Positions 17,294 through 26,963 of a DNA stretch of 64,000 nucleotides are shown here, in pieces. The notes below the pieces were generated by a model, which was not told the origin of the DNA, made no database searches, and saw only the letters and a program-made list of their open reading frames with translations. Location of the stretch: positions 27,445 through 91,444 of IMG/VR virus record IMGVR_UViG_3300027970_000012. One strand, given 5' to 3'. Within the stretch, counting starts at the first letter, position 1; the number at the start of each line of letters is the position of its first letter. A program made the translations under genes and the position numbers. Source of the DNA: a virus.

Positions 17294-18685
17294 TCACATA
17301 AGATTCTTAATAAGAGTTCTCTTGTAATATCTATTAGTATTAACTTGAAGTCTACCCAGTCCTTGGTCAGTACCTTCGGCAAAAGGATTAGCTACGATAC
17401 CGTATCTAGTCTTGAAGCCGATTTTTGGTTGGAAGCTCCTTTCACCAACAGCACGAACCATTTGTAGAGGAACGTAAGGGCAGTAGAAAAGTCCAGCATC
17501 ATAAGGATTTGGACCCTTATAACCAACGACGTAGTATTGATATTGGTTGGTATAACCGTTTGCAGCATAAGGGTCAATAAAGACCTTAAACTTACCGTTT
17601 AGAGTACCCGCGAAAGTATTACCAGTATCATCTACCTGCATATTGGAGTTCAAAGCAGGAGTATAATCTAGAATACCAGCGTGAGTTAGAGAAGAAGCAA
17701 CGTCTGCGGAACACAGAACGATGTTACCCTTTCCTCTACGAGTCCTTTGAGCAATGCTGTTAGCGTCACGTTCAATTTGGAAAATCATTCCTTTGAACTT
17801 CTCAACGGACCAACGACCATTGGAGTCAACGTCAAGGTCAAATACACCTTGAGTAGCGACGTTCTGTTGTGCGCCAGGCTCAGCAATCTTATAGATTGTT
17901 CTGATGACTTCACGGTTGATTTCGGCAAGAATTTCGCTTGAAAGAATGTTTGCAAGCTCAGCTTCTGCATTCAGTCCGTGAATAGCCTTCAAGTCCTGAG
18001 CAAGCTCAAGGCTGTATTCGGCTTTCAGAGCACGGCTCTTAGCAGTCACTGAAATTCTTTCAATGCTGAGTGCCATTTCAGCAAATTGGTCTCCAGCATT
18101 GGTGCCATCACCAAGATTTTCTGCGTCCCCAGTGTTCATACCTTGACCTAGGTTATAAGCTCCTAGAGGTGATGCAGTTGGGTTAAGAAGACCAGGGTTA
18201 GAACCTACTTGAGATGTAGTACCAAGACCAGCAGCGGCGCTAGAGAAACCAGTTAGAGATTTTCCTGCGTTCTGTCCTGAGAATGCGGTATTTACTTCAT
18301 TATAGAATGCTTCTGGACCAGATTGATTGACATAACGGCTTCTCATTGCGAAGATAAGGCTTACAGGGCCGCTCATTGGTTGAACGCCAGCCAAATCATA
18401 AGCAACAAGATTAGGCATTGAACGTCTAATCATAGAGATTAGAACGGGGTCAAAACCTGCTACTGGACCTGCGGCAGCAGAGCCGTAGCTAAATCCACCA
18501 GTTCCCGCAGAAACAGTTGGAGATTCGGATAGAAACTCACTCTCTTCACGAAGAGCTTGTTCTTGATTTTCTAACAGGATAGCAGTAACCGCCCTACGAT
18601 GTGAATCTTTGATAGGTTCTAGACCGTTATAGTCTAGTAAGGGAGCCCACTTTTCCTGCAGTTGTTCGGAATTGAACATTTGCAT
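17294..18685 (-). CDS. gp23: Major capsid protein
   Basis: LQEKWAPLL, GVQPMSGP, AKSRALKAEYSLELAQDLKAIHG, FQPKIGFKTRYG. Confidence 0.98.
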   Translation of the reverse strand: MQMFNSEQLQEKWAPLLDYNGLEPIKDSHRRAVTAILLENQEQALREESEFLSESPTVSAGTGGFSYGSAAAGPVAGFDPVLISMIRRSMPNLVAYDLAGVQPMSGPVSLIFAMRSRYVNQSGPEAFYNEVNTAFSGQNAGKSLTGFSSAAAGLGTTSQVGSNPGLLNPTASPLGAYNLGQGMNTGDAENLGDGTNAGDQFAEMALSIERISVTAKSRALKAEYSLELAQDLKAIHGLNAEAELANILSSEILAEINREVIRTIYKIAEPGAQQNVATQGVFDLDVDSNGRWSVEKFKGMIFQIERDANSIAQRTRRGKGNIVLCSADVASSLTHAGILDYTPALNSNMQVDDTGNTFAGTLNGKFKVFIDPYAANGYTNQYQYYVVGYKGPNPYDAGLFYCPYVPLQMVRAVGERSFQPKIGFKTRYGIVANPFAEGTDQGLGRLQVNTNRYYKRTLIKNLM

Positions 18686-18739
18686 TTGAATTTACCTCTA
18701 ATTAAAATTTTGGTTTAGTTTGATTTTATGATATATAAA

Positions 18740-20023
18740 TCACTTTTTTGAAACACGCTCAAGAGCACTCATATAAACTCCCATTGTTCCACTTGGAATG
18801 GAATATGGAGTATATTCTGTAGAATCTTCTACAAGATAGTCCTGGCCATTTCTCTGAGTTCTAGTAGTTGTGGTGGGGAAATAAGATTCCTTGAGTGCAA
18901 CTAGTTTCTCACGATATTCTTCTTCACTATCAAACTCAACACTTTCCACAAGAGAAGCAAGCTTATCTTTCTGAGAAAGCGCAAGGCCCTCAGAAATTTC
19001 ACTAAAGATTACATCAGTTACTGATTCTGCTAGTCTTTTGTTGAGAGAAACATTTCTCTCTATTTGTTCGTTGAGTTTATTCTCCATCTCGTCAAGTTTA
19101 TCAGTCATTGCCTCTAGCACATCATATCTATCTTCAGGAATTGTTACATAGTGATTTTCAAAAAGTTCCTTGAGGTTCACAAGGAAACTCTCGGTCATTT
19201 CGGCACGAAGTCCGTTTTCTATAGCTAGAGCATTTTCTTCAATCCATTCTTGAGCAACATACTCAAGATATGAATCTACTCTTTCGGTTAAAGCCTCAGT
19301 GATAACTTCAATCTCTTCGGCTAGTTGTTCTTCATATTGAAGAATGACTGCTTCTTCAATTTGTTCTGTTCTGGAATTCAGAGCAGCTTCAAATACAGTC
19401 TTGGCTTTAAATCTAAATTCTTCGGAGAGTTCTTCGCCTGAAAGAAGAGCATCTACATCTTCTTCAATCTGAGATTCAATTTCTTCAATCTGTTCTTGAA
19501 CTTCTTCTTTCTTTTTATCAGACTTCTTGGACTTCTTAAACTCTTTAGGAGTTTCTTCATCCTCGTCATCTTCTTCATCGTCATCGGACTTAGAGGATTC
19601 GTCATCTTCTTCATCGTCATCATCAGACTTGGAAGATTCTTCTAATCTAGGCTCATCTTCGTCATCTTCTAAATCAGATTCGTAATATTCATCATCTTCT
19701 AAATCTTCTTCATCTAAGTCTTCCTTTACAGCACCCTTAGGTAAGGACTTCATTGAGTCTGCTTTACCAGCTCCACGATTTACAACATCTCTAACTTGAG
19801 CTAGAACTGCCGATGCATCTTTCAGCTTGGCGCTATCATTATCAGGCTTGTAATTATCAGGTGTTGGACCACCTAGGTCTTCCCAACTGGCCGTCTGACC
19901 ATCGGGAATATTTTTGGTAAGTTTAGGAAGTGGTTCTGCAGGTTTTGCTCCAGAGTTCACAACATTTTTTACGTGCTTTGTGCCTACTTCCATTTCTTGT
20001 AGATTTTTTCTTCCACGAGGCAT
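18740..20023 (-). CDS. gp22: Prohead core scaffold protein
   Basis: WEDLGGPTPDNY, LSEEF..KA.TVFEAA, YLEYV..EW; acidic coiled coil. Confidence 0.93.
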   Translation of the reverse strand: MPRGRKNLQEMEVGTKHVKNVVNSGAKPAEPLPKLTKNIPDGQTASWEDLGGPTPDNYKPDNDSAKLKDASAVLAQVRDVVNRGAGKADSMKSLPKGAVKEDLDEEDLEDDEYYESDLEDDEDEPRLEESSKSDDDDEEDDESSKSDDDEEDDEDEETPKEFKKSKKSDKKKEEVQEQIEEIESQIEEDVDALLSGEELSEEFRFKAKTVFEAALNSRTEQIEEAVILQYEEQLAEEIEVITEALTERVDSYLEYVAQEWIEENALAIENGLRAEMTESFLVNLKELFENHYVTIPEDRYDVLEAMTDKLDEMENKLNEQIERNVSLNKRLAESVTDVIFSEISEGLALSQKDKLASLVESVEFDSEEEYREKLVALKESYFPTTTTRTQRNGQDYLVEDSTEYTPYSIPSGTMGVYMSALERVSKK

Positions 20024-20062
20024 TTTGATTCTCCGAAAAACTTAAATTTGTATTTCTGTATA

Positions 20063-20070
20063 TATTTATA
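20063..20070 (-). promoter_or_regulatory. T4-type late promoter for gp22
   Basis: Exact TATAAATA. Confidence 0.75.
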
Positions 20071-20088
20071 TTTTTTAGTTTTTGTGCT

Positions 20089-20568
20089 TTATTTTGGTTC
20101 TCTTAAACCTTTTGGACCTTTTTCATAATACTTATCTCTATGGACATTATTTTTAGCCTCGAATTTAGGTCTATCAATATATTTAATTGACACCCATCTT
20201 GGGGGTCTTCCTGCTCTTGAAGTTCTCCTTAGTCCATCAGACTTTCTACCGTGCTTAGATTCACTGGGCATTCTTGGCTCTTGACTAAAATAAAAATTGT
20301 GTCTACCAAGAGCATAATCTCTTTCGTCTTTATGTTCTATATTCTTATTCCTTTTAGAGTTCTTTTCTTGACTGTGAGCTAAATGTAGTTTCCCATATCT
20401 TTCTAAATCTCTATGACTTGGAGTGGAATTAGGATTCTCTATTTCCAATGAAATTCTTTTGGCTCTATTCTTTTCTCTAGGAGTCCAGCCACTCGCTAAT
20501 CTACTGTTCCAGGGAACCTTCTTTTCAAGTAGGATACATTCTTCAATAAACTGAAAATAGGTTTTCAG
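20089..20568 (-). CDS. Basic putative internal head protein; CTG start, N-terminus (M)KTYFQFIEE
   Basis: Frame is open 40 codons upstream of the ORF-track start; N-terminus resembles the T4 capsid-targeting sequence. Confidence 0.6.
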   Translation of the reverse strand: MKTYFQFIEECILLEKKVPWNSRLASGWTPREKNRAKRISLEIENPNSTPSHRDLERYGKLHLAHSQEKNSKRNKNIEHKDERDYALGRHNFYFSQEPRMPSESKHGRKSDGLRRTSRAGRPPRWVSIKYIDRPKFEAKNNVHRDKYYEKGPKGLREPK

Positions 20569-20586
20569 TTTAGTCTTTTTATATAT

Positions 20587-20907
20587 TTATGAGAATTCAC
20601 CCAATGCTCTCTGTTTTCTCAACTTTTTAGAATTTTTAGTTGGTGTTGGAGGATTAGTTTTTCTTTCTTCTGGACTTAATCTATATGTTGGTTCTCAGAA
20701 TTTATCTTTTCTATCTCTACTACGCTGCAAATTATCAGATTCCTTATTTGGTTCCAATCTAGCTCTAGACTTTTGAAGTAAATTATGATATGCCCACCAC
20801 TTTTCGGATCTTTTTTCTACTGAACCACCTCTTAAAATATCAACAGCTCTATCTACAATTCTTTGAGTAGTGGAGCTTTCAAGCATAAATTGTTTGAAAG
20901 TTTTCGT
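20587..20907 (-). pseudogene. Putative internal head protein gene with an ACG start and an internal TGA
   Basis: ACG-KTFKQFMLE...KDKF*EPTYRLSPEERKTNPPTPTKNSKKLRKQRALGEFS*; TGA at 20695-20697. Confidence 0.55.
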
Positions 20908-20910
20908 GAC

Positions 20911-21564
20911 TCAGATTAAACGAAGATAGTTTTCAAAGTGTTCTAGTTTTCTTTCTTCGGTAAGTCTTCTACCAATCACATCTCTTTCAATCACTTGCTT
21001 GATGTTCTGTGCAATCCATTCTTGCTTTTTGCTATCATACAACCAACTTACTCCTTCATATATCCCCTCTACAAATGCAGATGGTGCAGATGGGTCGTGA
21101 ACAATATCCGCAGCAGTAGAAAGCATAAAGTCTTCACTTACTCTATTGAAACCCTCATTTGTAGGAACTAAAGAACCAACTCCACGAGAAGAAACTCCAA
21201 GTTTGACTCCTTCTTCATAAAGTCCAGCAGCAATCTTACCTAAAGGTAATGTAGTTAAAATCTTAGCTTTTCCAATAAAATTATTTCCATTTTCCTTCAA
21301 TGAAATAATCTTATGTGAAACTCTATCTAAGTTGATGGTGGGAGTTGGTGAGTGCCCAAGTTCTCCAACAGCTCTACCTTTACTCAAATAATTCTCAACA
21401 TAAGTATTTACTCCTCTTCTCAGAGTGTTCATTGGATAGATTCTTTTGTTTCTATTGCAGACATCTCCCTGAAGAAATACTCCTTCAATATAAAGATTCT
21501 TCTTACCGTTAACCTCCTCAACGATAACTTTTACATTTTCAGCTTCTTCTGTGATGAGTTTCAT
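20911..21564 (-). CDS. gp21: Prohead protease
   Basis: MKLITE, GELGH, LGVSSRGVGS, ADIVHDPSAPSAFV. Confidence 0.96.
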   Translation of the reverse strand: MKLITEEAENVKVIVEEVNGKKNLYIEGVFLQGDVCNRNKRIYPMNTLRRGVNTYVENYLSKGRAVGELGHSPTPTINLDRVSHKIISLKENGNNFIGKAKILTTLPLGKIAAGLYEEGVKLGVSSRGVGSLVPTNEGFNRVSEDFMLSTAADIVHDPSAPSAFVEGIYEGVSWLYDSKKQEWIAQNIKQVIERDVIGRRLTEERKLEHFENYLRLI

Positions 21565-21566
21565 TT

Positions 21567-22127
21567 TTATGAATACGAGTTTACTTGAATTTCTGTGATA
21601 TGAATCCGACTGGCTCCAGACCCAGCATTATATGCAGCTACACGAGTAACTTTCCTCAATTCACCATTAGGAGTAGTAATGATACCTACAAAAGCGGAGG
21701 TATTCCAATTCAATGTAAGTCTTGTATTCATAAAACTATCATAAGACATTCTCTCATCTACTGTTGCAACAGTAGCAAATGTAGTGTTTAGTCCAGCAGG
21801 AGAAGCACCAGTAAGAGCAACAGAGTCACCAACATTAAATCCATTTCCAGTTCCTTCTGGAAAAATTACAGTTGTAGTTGCTCCAGTAAGAATTCCCACA
21901 AAATTCTTAGAACCCCACTCTTGCTTTAGAACAACATCTGTTCCACCAGGAACCCACAAACTGGTTGTTGAGTTAACTCCTGGATTTGCTCCTACTTCAA
22001 TGTATGTGTGTTGAGTAGGTGCAATTCTCAAATATCCAGTTTTCATTGCAATAGGAACAGAAGTAGACACTCCATCCACAGTGGGAACATCTACAGCCGT
22101 AACATTTTGAACTATTTTAAACGCCAT
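21567..22127 (-). CDS. Conserved head-region virion protein
   Basis: Beta-rich, Thr/Gly-rich; usual position before gp21 in cyanomyophages. Confidence 0.7.
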   Translation of the reverse strand: MAFKIVQNVTAVDVPTVDGVSTSVPIAMKTGYLRIAPTQHTYIEVGANPGVNSTTSLWVPGGTDVVLKQEWGSKNFVGILTGATTTVIFPEGTGNGFNVGDSVALTGASPAGLNTTFATVATVDERMSYDSFMNTRLTLNWNTSAFVGIITTPNGELRKVTRVAAYNAGSGASRIHITEIQVNSYS

Positions 22128-22167
22128 TATAATATAACACTATATGAGTTATTTATGAAAGTTCTAA

Positions 22168-22329
22168 TCACTCAGAATCTTCGTCATCTGAGCTAAATAC
22201 TGAATTTGCAACATAAGGTTGTAGTTCAGAAATTGTATTTGCAGCTTTGGTATAAAGAATTTCCTTAATTTTATCACTAATATCTGATGGATTTCCATCA
22301 GTTGCAATCATCGTTACTAGGTCTTCCAT
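22168..22329 (-). CDS. Small acidic prohead core protein (gp67/68-like), not in the ORF track
   Basis: MEDLVTMIATDGNPSDISDKIKEILYTKAANTISELQPYVANSVF...; 53 aa directly after the portal gene. Confidence 0.7.
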   Translation of the reverse strand: MEDLVTMIATDGNPSDISDKIKEILYTKAANTISELQPYVANSVFSSDDEDSE

Positions 22330-22356
22330 AATTTTTAAATATTGTTTCAGTATTAT

Positions 22357-24024
22357 TTAGATTTCTCCAGGTTCTATGTTTGCAGTAGATACTCCAGGCT
22401 CTTTTACTGGCTTACCTAAAGTATCTACATTTCCAGGAGGAGCACCTTCTGGAGGAACATCCATTTGTTGAGCCAGCATATCTGCGGGATTCATAATGAG
22501 CCCAGCTTCAATTTCATCTTTAATCTGCTTATCAATTTGAACAACTTCGTCATCAGTTTGCTGTAGAATATTTTGTCTAATATATTTAATTGAAAAATAC
22601 TTACCTAGATATGGGTCCATTGCAGCAACAACACCCAATTTATCATTCATAATTTCATTCTTCTTCAATTCAGAAAAATGATTATCATAAAGATAGTCAA
22701 ATTGTATATGGTCAGATAACGATGACCAATCTTCTGTACTTACGACATTCTTAAGAATAAGTTGAGTTTTCAGCATATCTAAGAACATATATGAAAATCT
22801 CTTACGCAATCTTCCTACAAATCGTGTAAATTTTAATTCATCTCGTAGAATTTCAGAAGACCTACCTAAGTTGAATCCACCACCCGCATCTAATCTTGTG
22901 GACGGAACTCCTAGAGACTTATAAAGTTTCTTTTGAAAATATTCAATGTCCGCAAGTTCTCCAAGATTCTGTCCACCAGGAAGAGTACCTACTTCTGTTC
23001 CTCTACCACCTTCTCTTCGGGGAAGCCAATAATCTTCCATCATCGCCATATATTTCTTGTCGTCTTTAATTTCTCCAGTATCTGCATTATAGACCAATCT
23101 ATTGCGATATCTGTTCATTACATCTCGCATATATTGTTCTGCCTTTATCTTAGGTAGATTTCCAACGTCAATATAGAAAAGTCTCTTTTCACTCGCACGA
23201 GAAAGACGATAGATTACAATGCTATCCTCAATCATTCTTAGTTGATTTAGAGATTTAATTGCCTTATGAAGATAGGATAGGACTGTCTGCTTATTTCTAT
23301 CCACAAGCCCAGAAGTTACCGAAACTACGCTATCATTGGTCAATTTGATTGAATTCTTTTCGGAAGTGAAGCTTGTCCGAATTGCAGAATTACCTAGAGA
23401 CGATGAGTTTGCATTGGGGTCGTACTGATAAAATTCCTCAATCTCTGGATTCAGAATTGCACTATTGAGGTCTTCTTGAGTAATGCGAATATTTTGTGAC
23501 TTCTCTTTTTTTATTCTTCTGATGTACTTAATTTTAAGTGGGTCTATGTATCGCAGCTCTTTAATTCCCTCGGACGGGGCAGCTAAGTCAATCACTTTAT
23601 GATAATATAGTTTTCCATCTACATACCAATTTCGGAAGATTTCATGAGCCTTCTTATCAAAGTCCATAATTTCTTTGATATATTTAAATTCCTGACGAAT
23701 TCTATCCTTCAGTTTATCCGTAGCAGGAAGATTTGTTAAGTCAATTTGAACAGGACTATCATTTAAATCTGATACAATAGCCTCATTTACAATGTCTTCT
23801 ATTGCACTGTCGCATTCTGGATGAAGCGACATTTCTCTATATCTTTGTATTAAATCTGCTTCTGTTTTATATACGCCATCAATGTCTACATACTGTCCGT
23901 GAAATCCACTACCTACAAAATAATCAGATTGGTCCTCATTATTCTTTGGAACTGGAGATAATATCTTACTCTTTTTATTATTATCTCCAGATGAATCAAT
24001 CTGAAATCCAAATAATTTAGCCAT
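22357..24024 (-). CDS. gp20: Portal vertex protein
   Basis: NQLRMIEDSIVIYRLSRA, FYIDVGNLPK, EDYWLPRREGGRGTE. Confidence 0.98.
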   Translation of the reverse strand: MAKLFGFQIDSSGDNNKKSKILSPVPKNNEDQSDYFVGSGFHGQYVDIDGVYKTEADLIQRYREMSLHPECDSAIEDIVNEAIVSDLNDSPVQIDLTNLPATDKLKDRIRQEFKYIKEIMDFDKKAHEIFRNWYVDGKLYYHKVIDLAAPSEGIKELRYIDPLKIKYIRRIKKEKSQNIRITQEDLNSAILNPEIEEFYQYDPNANSSSLGNSAIRTSFTSEKNSIKLTNDSVVSVTSGLVDRNKQTVLSYLHKAIKSLNQLRMIEDSIVIYRLSRASEKRLFYIDVGNLPKIKAEQYMRDVMNRYRNRLVYNADTGEIKDDKKYMAMMEDYWLPRREGGRGTEVGTLPGGQNLGELADIEYFQKKLYKSLGVPSTRLDAGGGFNLGRSSEILRDELKFTRFVGRLRKRFSYMFLDMLKTQLILKNVVSTEDWSSLSDHIQFDYLYDNHFSELKKNEIMNDKLGVVAAMDPYLGKYFSIKYIRQNILQQTDDEVVQIDKQIKDEIEAGLIMNPADMLAQQMDVPPEGAPPGNVDTLGKPVKEPGVSTANIEPGEI

Positions 24025-24052
24025 TCACAAACTCAAAGTTAACTCAGTTTAT

Positions 24053-24703
24053 TTAGGTAGTTTCCGAAGTTCCCAGCATACTTGTAGAAGAATTCTCTTC
24101 AAATGTATCCCACCACTGATATTGTAGAGTTACTTGGAATTCTTGAATCTGGTCTGTGCTATCATAAGATAAGTCAATAGGACTAATATCAGATGGGAAG
24201 CAACCATAGAATTTATAGGTCTTCAATACAGGCATATTTGCCGAAGTTGAAGGTAGAGATGCACCAGTTGCACCACCCTGATTTACAACTCCTCTTCCAA
24301 GTTGATACACCAACATTTCTCTTTGATATGCAGCAGGAGTAATAACGCCAGCATTATCGTCGTGACGATTCATGAAGTTGCTCCACTTCTCAAATGCATT
24401 ACGAATCTTGAAATTGGTATCGTTAATAACTGTAATAGTCCAAGGTTCAAAGGTTCTATCTCCAGCAACTTTCAGAGTTCTTCCACGAAATGGAACTCCG
24501 ATTGAAGAAATGGTAGAACCAGGAATTTGTGAACCCTTAACCATAATTCTAAAATCTAGGTCAGGTGTAATACCAATTTCTGGGAAATTGAGTACACATT
24601 CAAACAGATTCGCTCTTGCTCCACCACCAACTAACCTAGCTTTAAAGTCGTTGATAGTTCTCTCTGAGTACTGGGGTAAATTTGATGTTGCTTCGTTAGC
24701 CAT
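24053..24703 (-). CDS. gp19: Tail tube protein
   Basis: GGARANLF, VPFRGRTLKVAGDRTFEPWTIT. Confidence 0.96.
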   Translation of the reverse strand: MANEATSNLPQYSERTINDFKARLVGGGARANLFECVLNFPEIGITPDLDFRIMVKGSQIPGSTISSIGVPFRGRTLKVAGDRTFEPWTITVINDTNFKIRNAFEKWSNFMNRHDDNAGVITPAAYQREMLVYQLGRGVVNQGGATGASLPSTSANMPVLKTYKFYGCFPSDISPIDLSYDSTDQIQEFQVTLQYQWWDTFEENSSTSMLGTSETT

Positions 24704-24722
24704 TGGTTATTCCTCTAGTAAA

Positions 24723-26873
24723 TTAAACGCTTCCTACAACTTCGGAGAATGAAACTCCTGTTTTTGTAGCCACAAAAGTCAGTCCTACAAAATTGATAGA
24801 CCTGTTTGGTTTGATATAAATATCAGCCTTGAATTCATTTGCATCAATCACATCAGGAGTGTTGTTTGACTCATCACATACCAATATAAATTCTGAAATT
24901 CCACGTTTTGCTCTTACATCTCTTAGATAAGGCTCAACAATATTAATGAAGTTAGTTCTTGTGATAGAATCGTTAAATTCAAATAACTGGGCTCTGGCAG
25001 CCTGCTCAATAGATTGTTCTAAAGTTAAGAATAACATTCTCACGTTGATTCTATCAAAGGCTGATGGGTATGCTAGACCTGTCTTATCTCCAAAAAGAAT
25101 ATATCCAGAACCTGCAGAAGAGATGATAGGATTGATTCTGTTTGAATATAGTGAATCTCTTTGAGTTTTTGTTGGATTGTAAGCTAGTTTGATGATATTG
25201 TTGATAGTTCCTCTGGTGCTTCCAGCAGGAGAATACCAAGGATAGCTGTTTATAGAAGTTCTTACAATTGCTCCTGCAACATCAGAATTACAAGGAATAT
25301 ATACAAACTTGCTATTGAAACGGTCTAGAGTATACTTATATCCACTATCAAAGATTACATAAGAAGAAGATTTGATAGGAGAGAAGAACTGTAGAATGGC
25401 GTTTGTTTGAGTAGTACTATTATTACTTCCCACTACACTAGACTTGTATGGAGAAACAACAGCAATACAGTCTTTTCTAGACTCTGCAATGTTGATAAGT
25501 TCATTTGCCTTTGCTTGAGCATCATAAATTGTTGGTCCACCAGATGGTCCACCCAAAATAAAGTTAATAGAACTTGCTTCTACATTTAGAAAGAGTCTAT
25601 ATGACGTAATAATATCTTGTGTACTGACTGAGTATCCACCAAGGAAATTCACTCCGCTATAATCTGTTCCTCCAACTAAGTTATAAAGTCGTGAGCCGAT
25701 TACGTTGTAGGATTTATCTTGAACCGCAGTTCCCCAAGGACTTGAAGTTAGACTATAAGTATTTCCACTCAGTTGAGTGATATCTGAAACTCTTCCTGCT
25801 TCTGGGAATCCAACAAAGACATAGTTTGAATTCTGATTTACAAATTCTTTATAGTAGATGGGTTGAGATGGTGAAATTCGGGCATCAATACCTTTGGATA
25901 GTCCAGTGAATTTTTCAAGAACGTTTCCAGATACTCCACTAATTACACCAGTATCATCTACAACTACAACGTGAACCTCATCACTCTTTGCATTTCTTTC
26001 TAGAGCATATTGAGAAGTTCCAGGCTTTGGTGCAATGGATTTCCAATAGATAATTCCATTCTTGAGTGATATAACTTGATTATCATACCAGTCTTGAATA
26101 GCTCCAGAACTTACAGTGGTGACTACAGTTCCTGCAGTTCCAGTAACAGTCAGTGCAGTAGTGGTGGGTGCAACTAAAGAGGATACCACAGAGCTGTAGT
26201 TGTAGTTAATATCAACTTCTTGACCAGCACTTGGAACTCTGCTGATAACTTTAATATCAAAGGAACTATTACCAATACCCGTAATTAGTCCTCTGACGTA
26301 GCCAGTGAATGTGCCCACAGTACCATCAGCTTGTAGGTATTGTGTAGCAGTTTTGGTTTGTGTGACCGCAAGACCTACCTGAATACCACTTGTGGAAATT
26401 CCAGTTACAGTTTGGTCTGCTGCAGCATCAATTACACAAACTTTCAGGTCATTTGCCCAGGAACCAGGATTTCTTGCAGAAAATACCCAATCCACATCAT
26501 TGATACGATTGCTTTGATAATCTTCGTATGAAGTGATTTTTAACGAAATGGAAGTATTTGCAATTGTAACATTAGAGTTAATCAGTGCAGAAGGATTTCC
26601 AGTAACATCGCTTCTTACAACATTCAGTGCTCCACCATAAGATAGGTAGTTAGATGCAGACAACCAGTATTCATATTGGTCTTCTGATGTTTGTGGTTTT
26701 CCAAAAATATCTAATAATTCTTGTTCTGACTGAATGATGGTTGGAACATTTACTGGACCCTTCTGAAATGGACCGACAATGGCTCCAACATTCTGTCTAC
26801 TTGAAACAATATTTCCTCGTGTTAAATCAACCTCTCTTATATTCACACCAGGAGATACCAAATTGATAGCCAT
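24723..26873 (-). CDS. gp18: Tail sheath protein (start at MAINLVSPG)
   Basis: LVSPGVNIREVDLT, PWYSPAG..RG, AFDRINVR, FVATKTGVSF. Confidence 0.96.
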   Translation of the reverse strand: MAINLVSPGVNIREVDLTRGNIVSSRQNVGAIVGPFQKGPVNVPTIIQSEQELLDIFGKPQTSEDQYEYWLSASNYLSYGGALNVVRSDVTGNPSALINSNVTIANTSISLKITSYEDYQSNRINDVDWVFSARNPGSWANDLKVCVIDAAADQTVTGISTSGIQVGLAVTQTKTATQYLQADGTVGTFTGYVRGLITGIGNSSFDIKVISRVPSAGQEVDINYNYSSVVSSLVAPTTTALTVTGTAGTVVTTVSSGAIQDWYDNQVISLKNGIIYWKSIAPKPGTSQYALERNAKSDEVHVVVVDDTGVISGVSGNVLEKFTGLSKGIDARISPSQPIYYKEFVNQNSNYVFVGFPEAGRVSDITQLSGNTYSLTSSPWGTAVQDKSYNVIGSRLYNLVGGTDYSGVNFLGGYSVSTQDIITSYRLFLNVEASSINFILGGPSGGPTIYDAQAKANELINIAESRKDCIAVVSPYKSSVVGSNNSTTQTNAILQFFSPIKSSSYVIFDSGYKYTLDRFNSKFVYIPCNSDVAGAIVRTSINSYPWYSPAGSTRGTINNIIKLAYNPTKTQRDSLYSNRINPIISSAGSGYILFGDKTGLAYPSAFDRINVRMLFLTLEQSIEQAARAQLFEFNDSITRTNFINIVEPYLRDVRAKRGISEFILVCDESNNTPDVIDANEFKADIYIKPNRSINFVGLTFVATKTGVSFSEVVGSV

Positions 26874-26963
26874 ATGTTTTCCTCTGAACCAAAGTCTCAT
26901 TTCCTAGTAGTATTTAGGAAAATTGATTTTTATCAGACCAGTTGTGTTAAATTATACAAAAAT

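Noticed and set aside
2203-20907. Genome-wide stop codon reassignment
   Set aside because: TGA ends gp21, gp22 and gp23, and TAA and TAG end other core genes at expected lengths; the internal stops are of mixed types
24723-26900. gp18 start at 26900 (MRLWFRGKH)
   Set aside because: AGAGG precedes the ATG at 26873, which gives the conserved MAINLVSPG start
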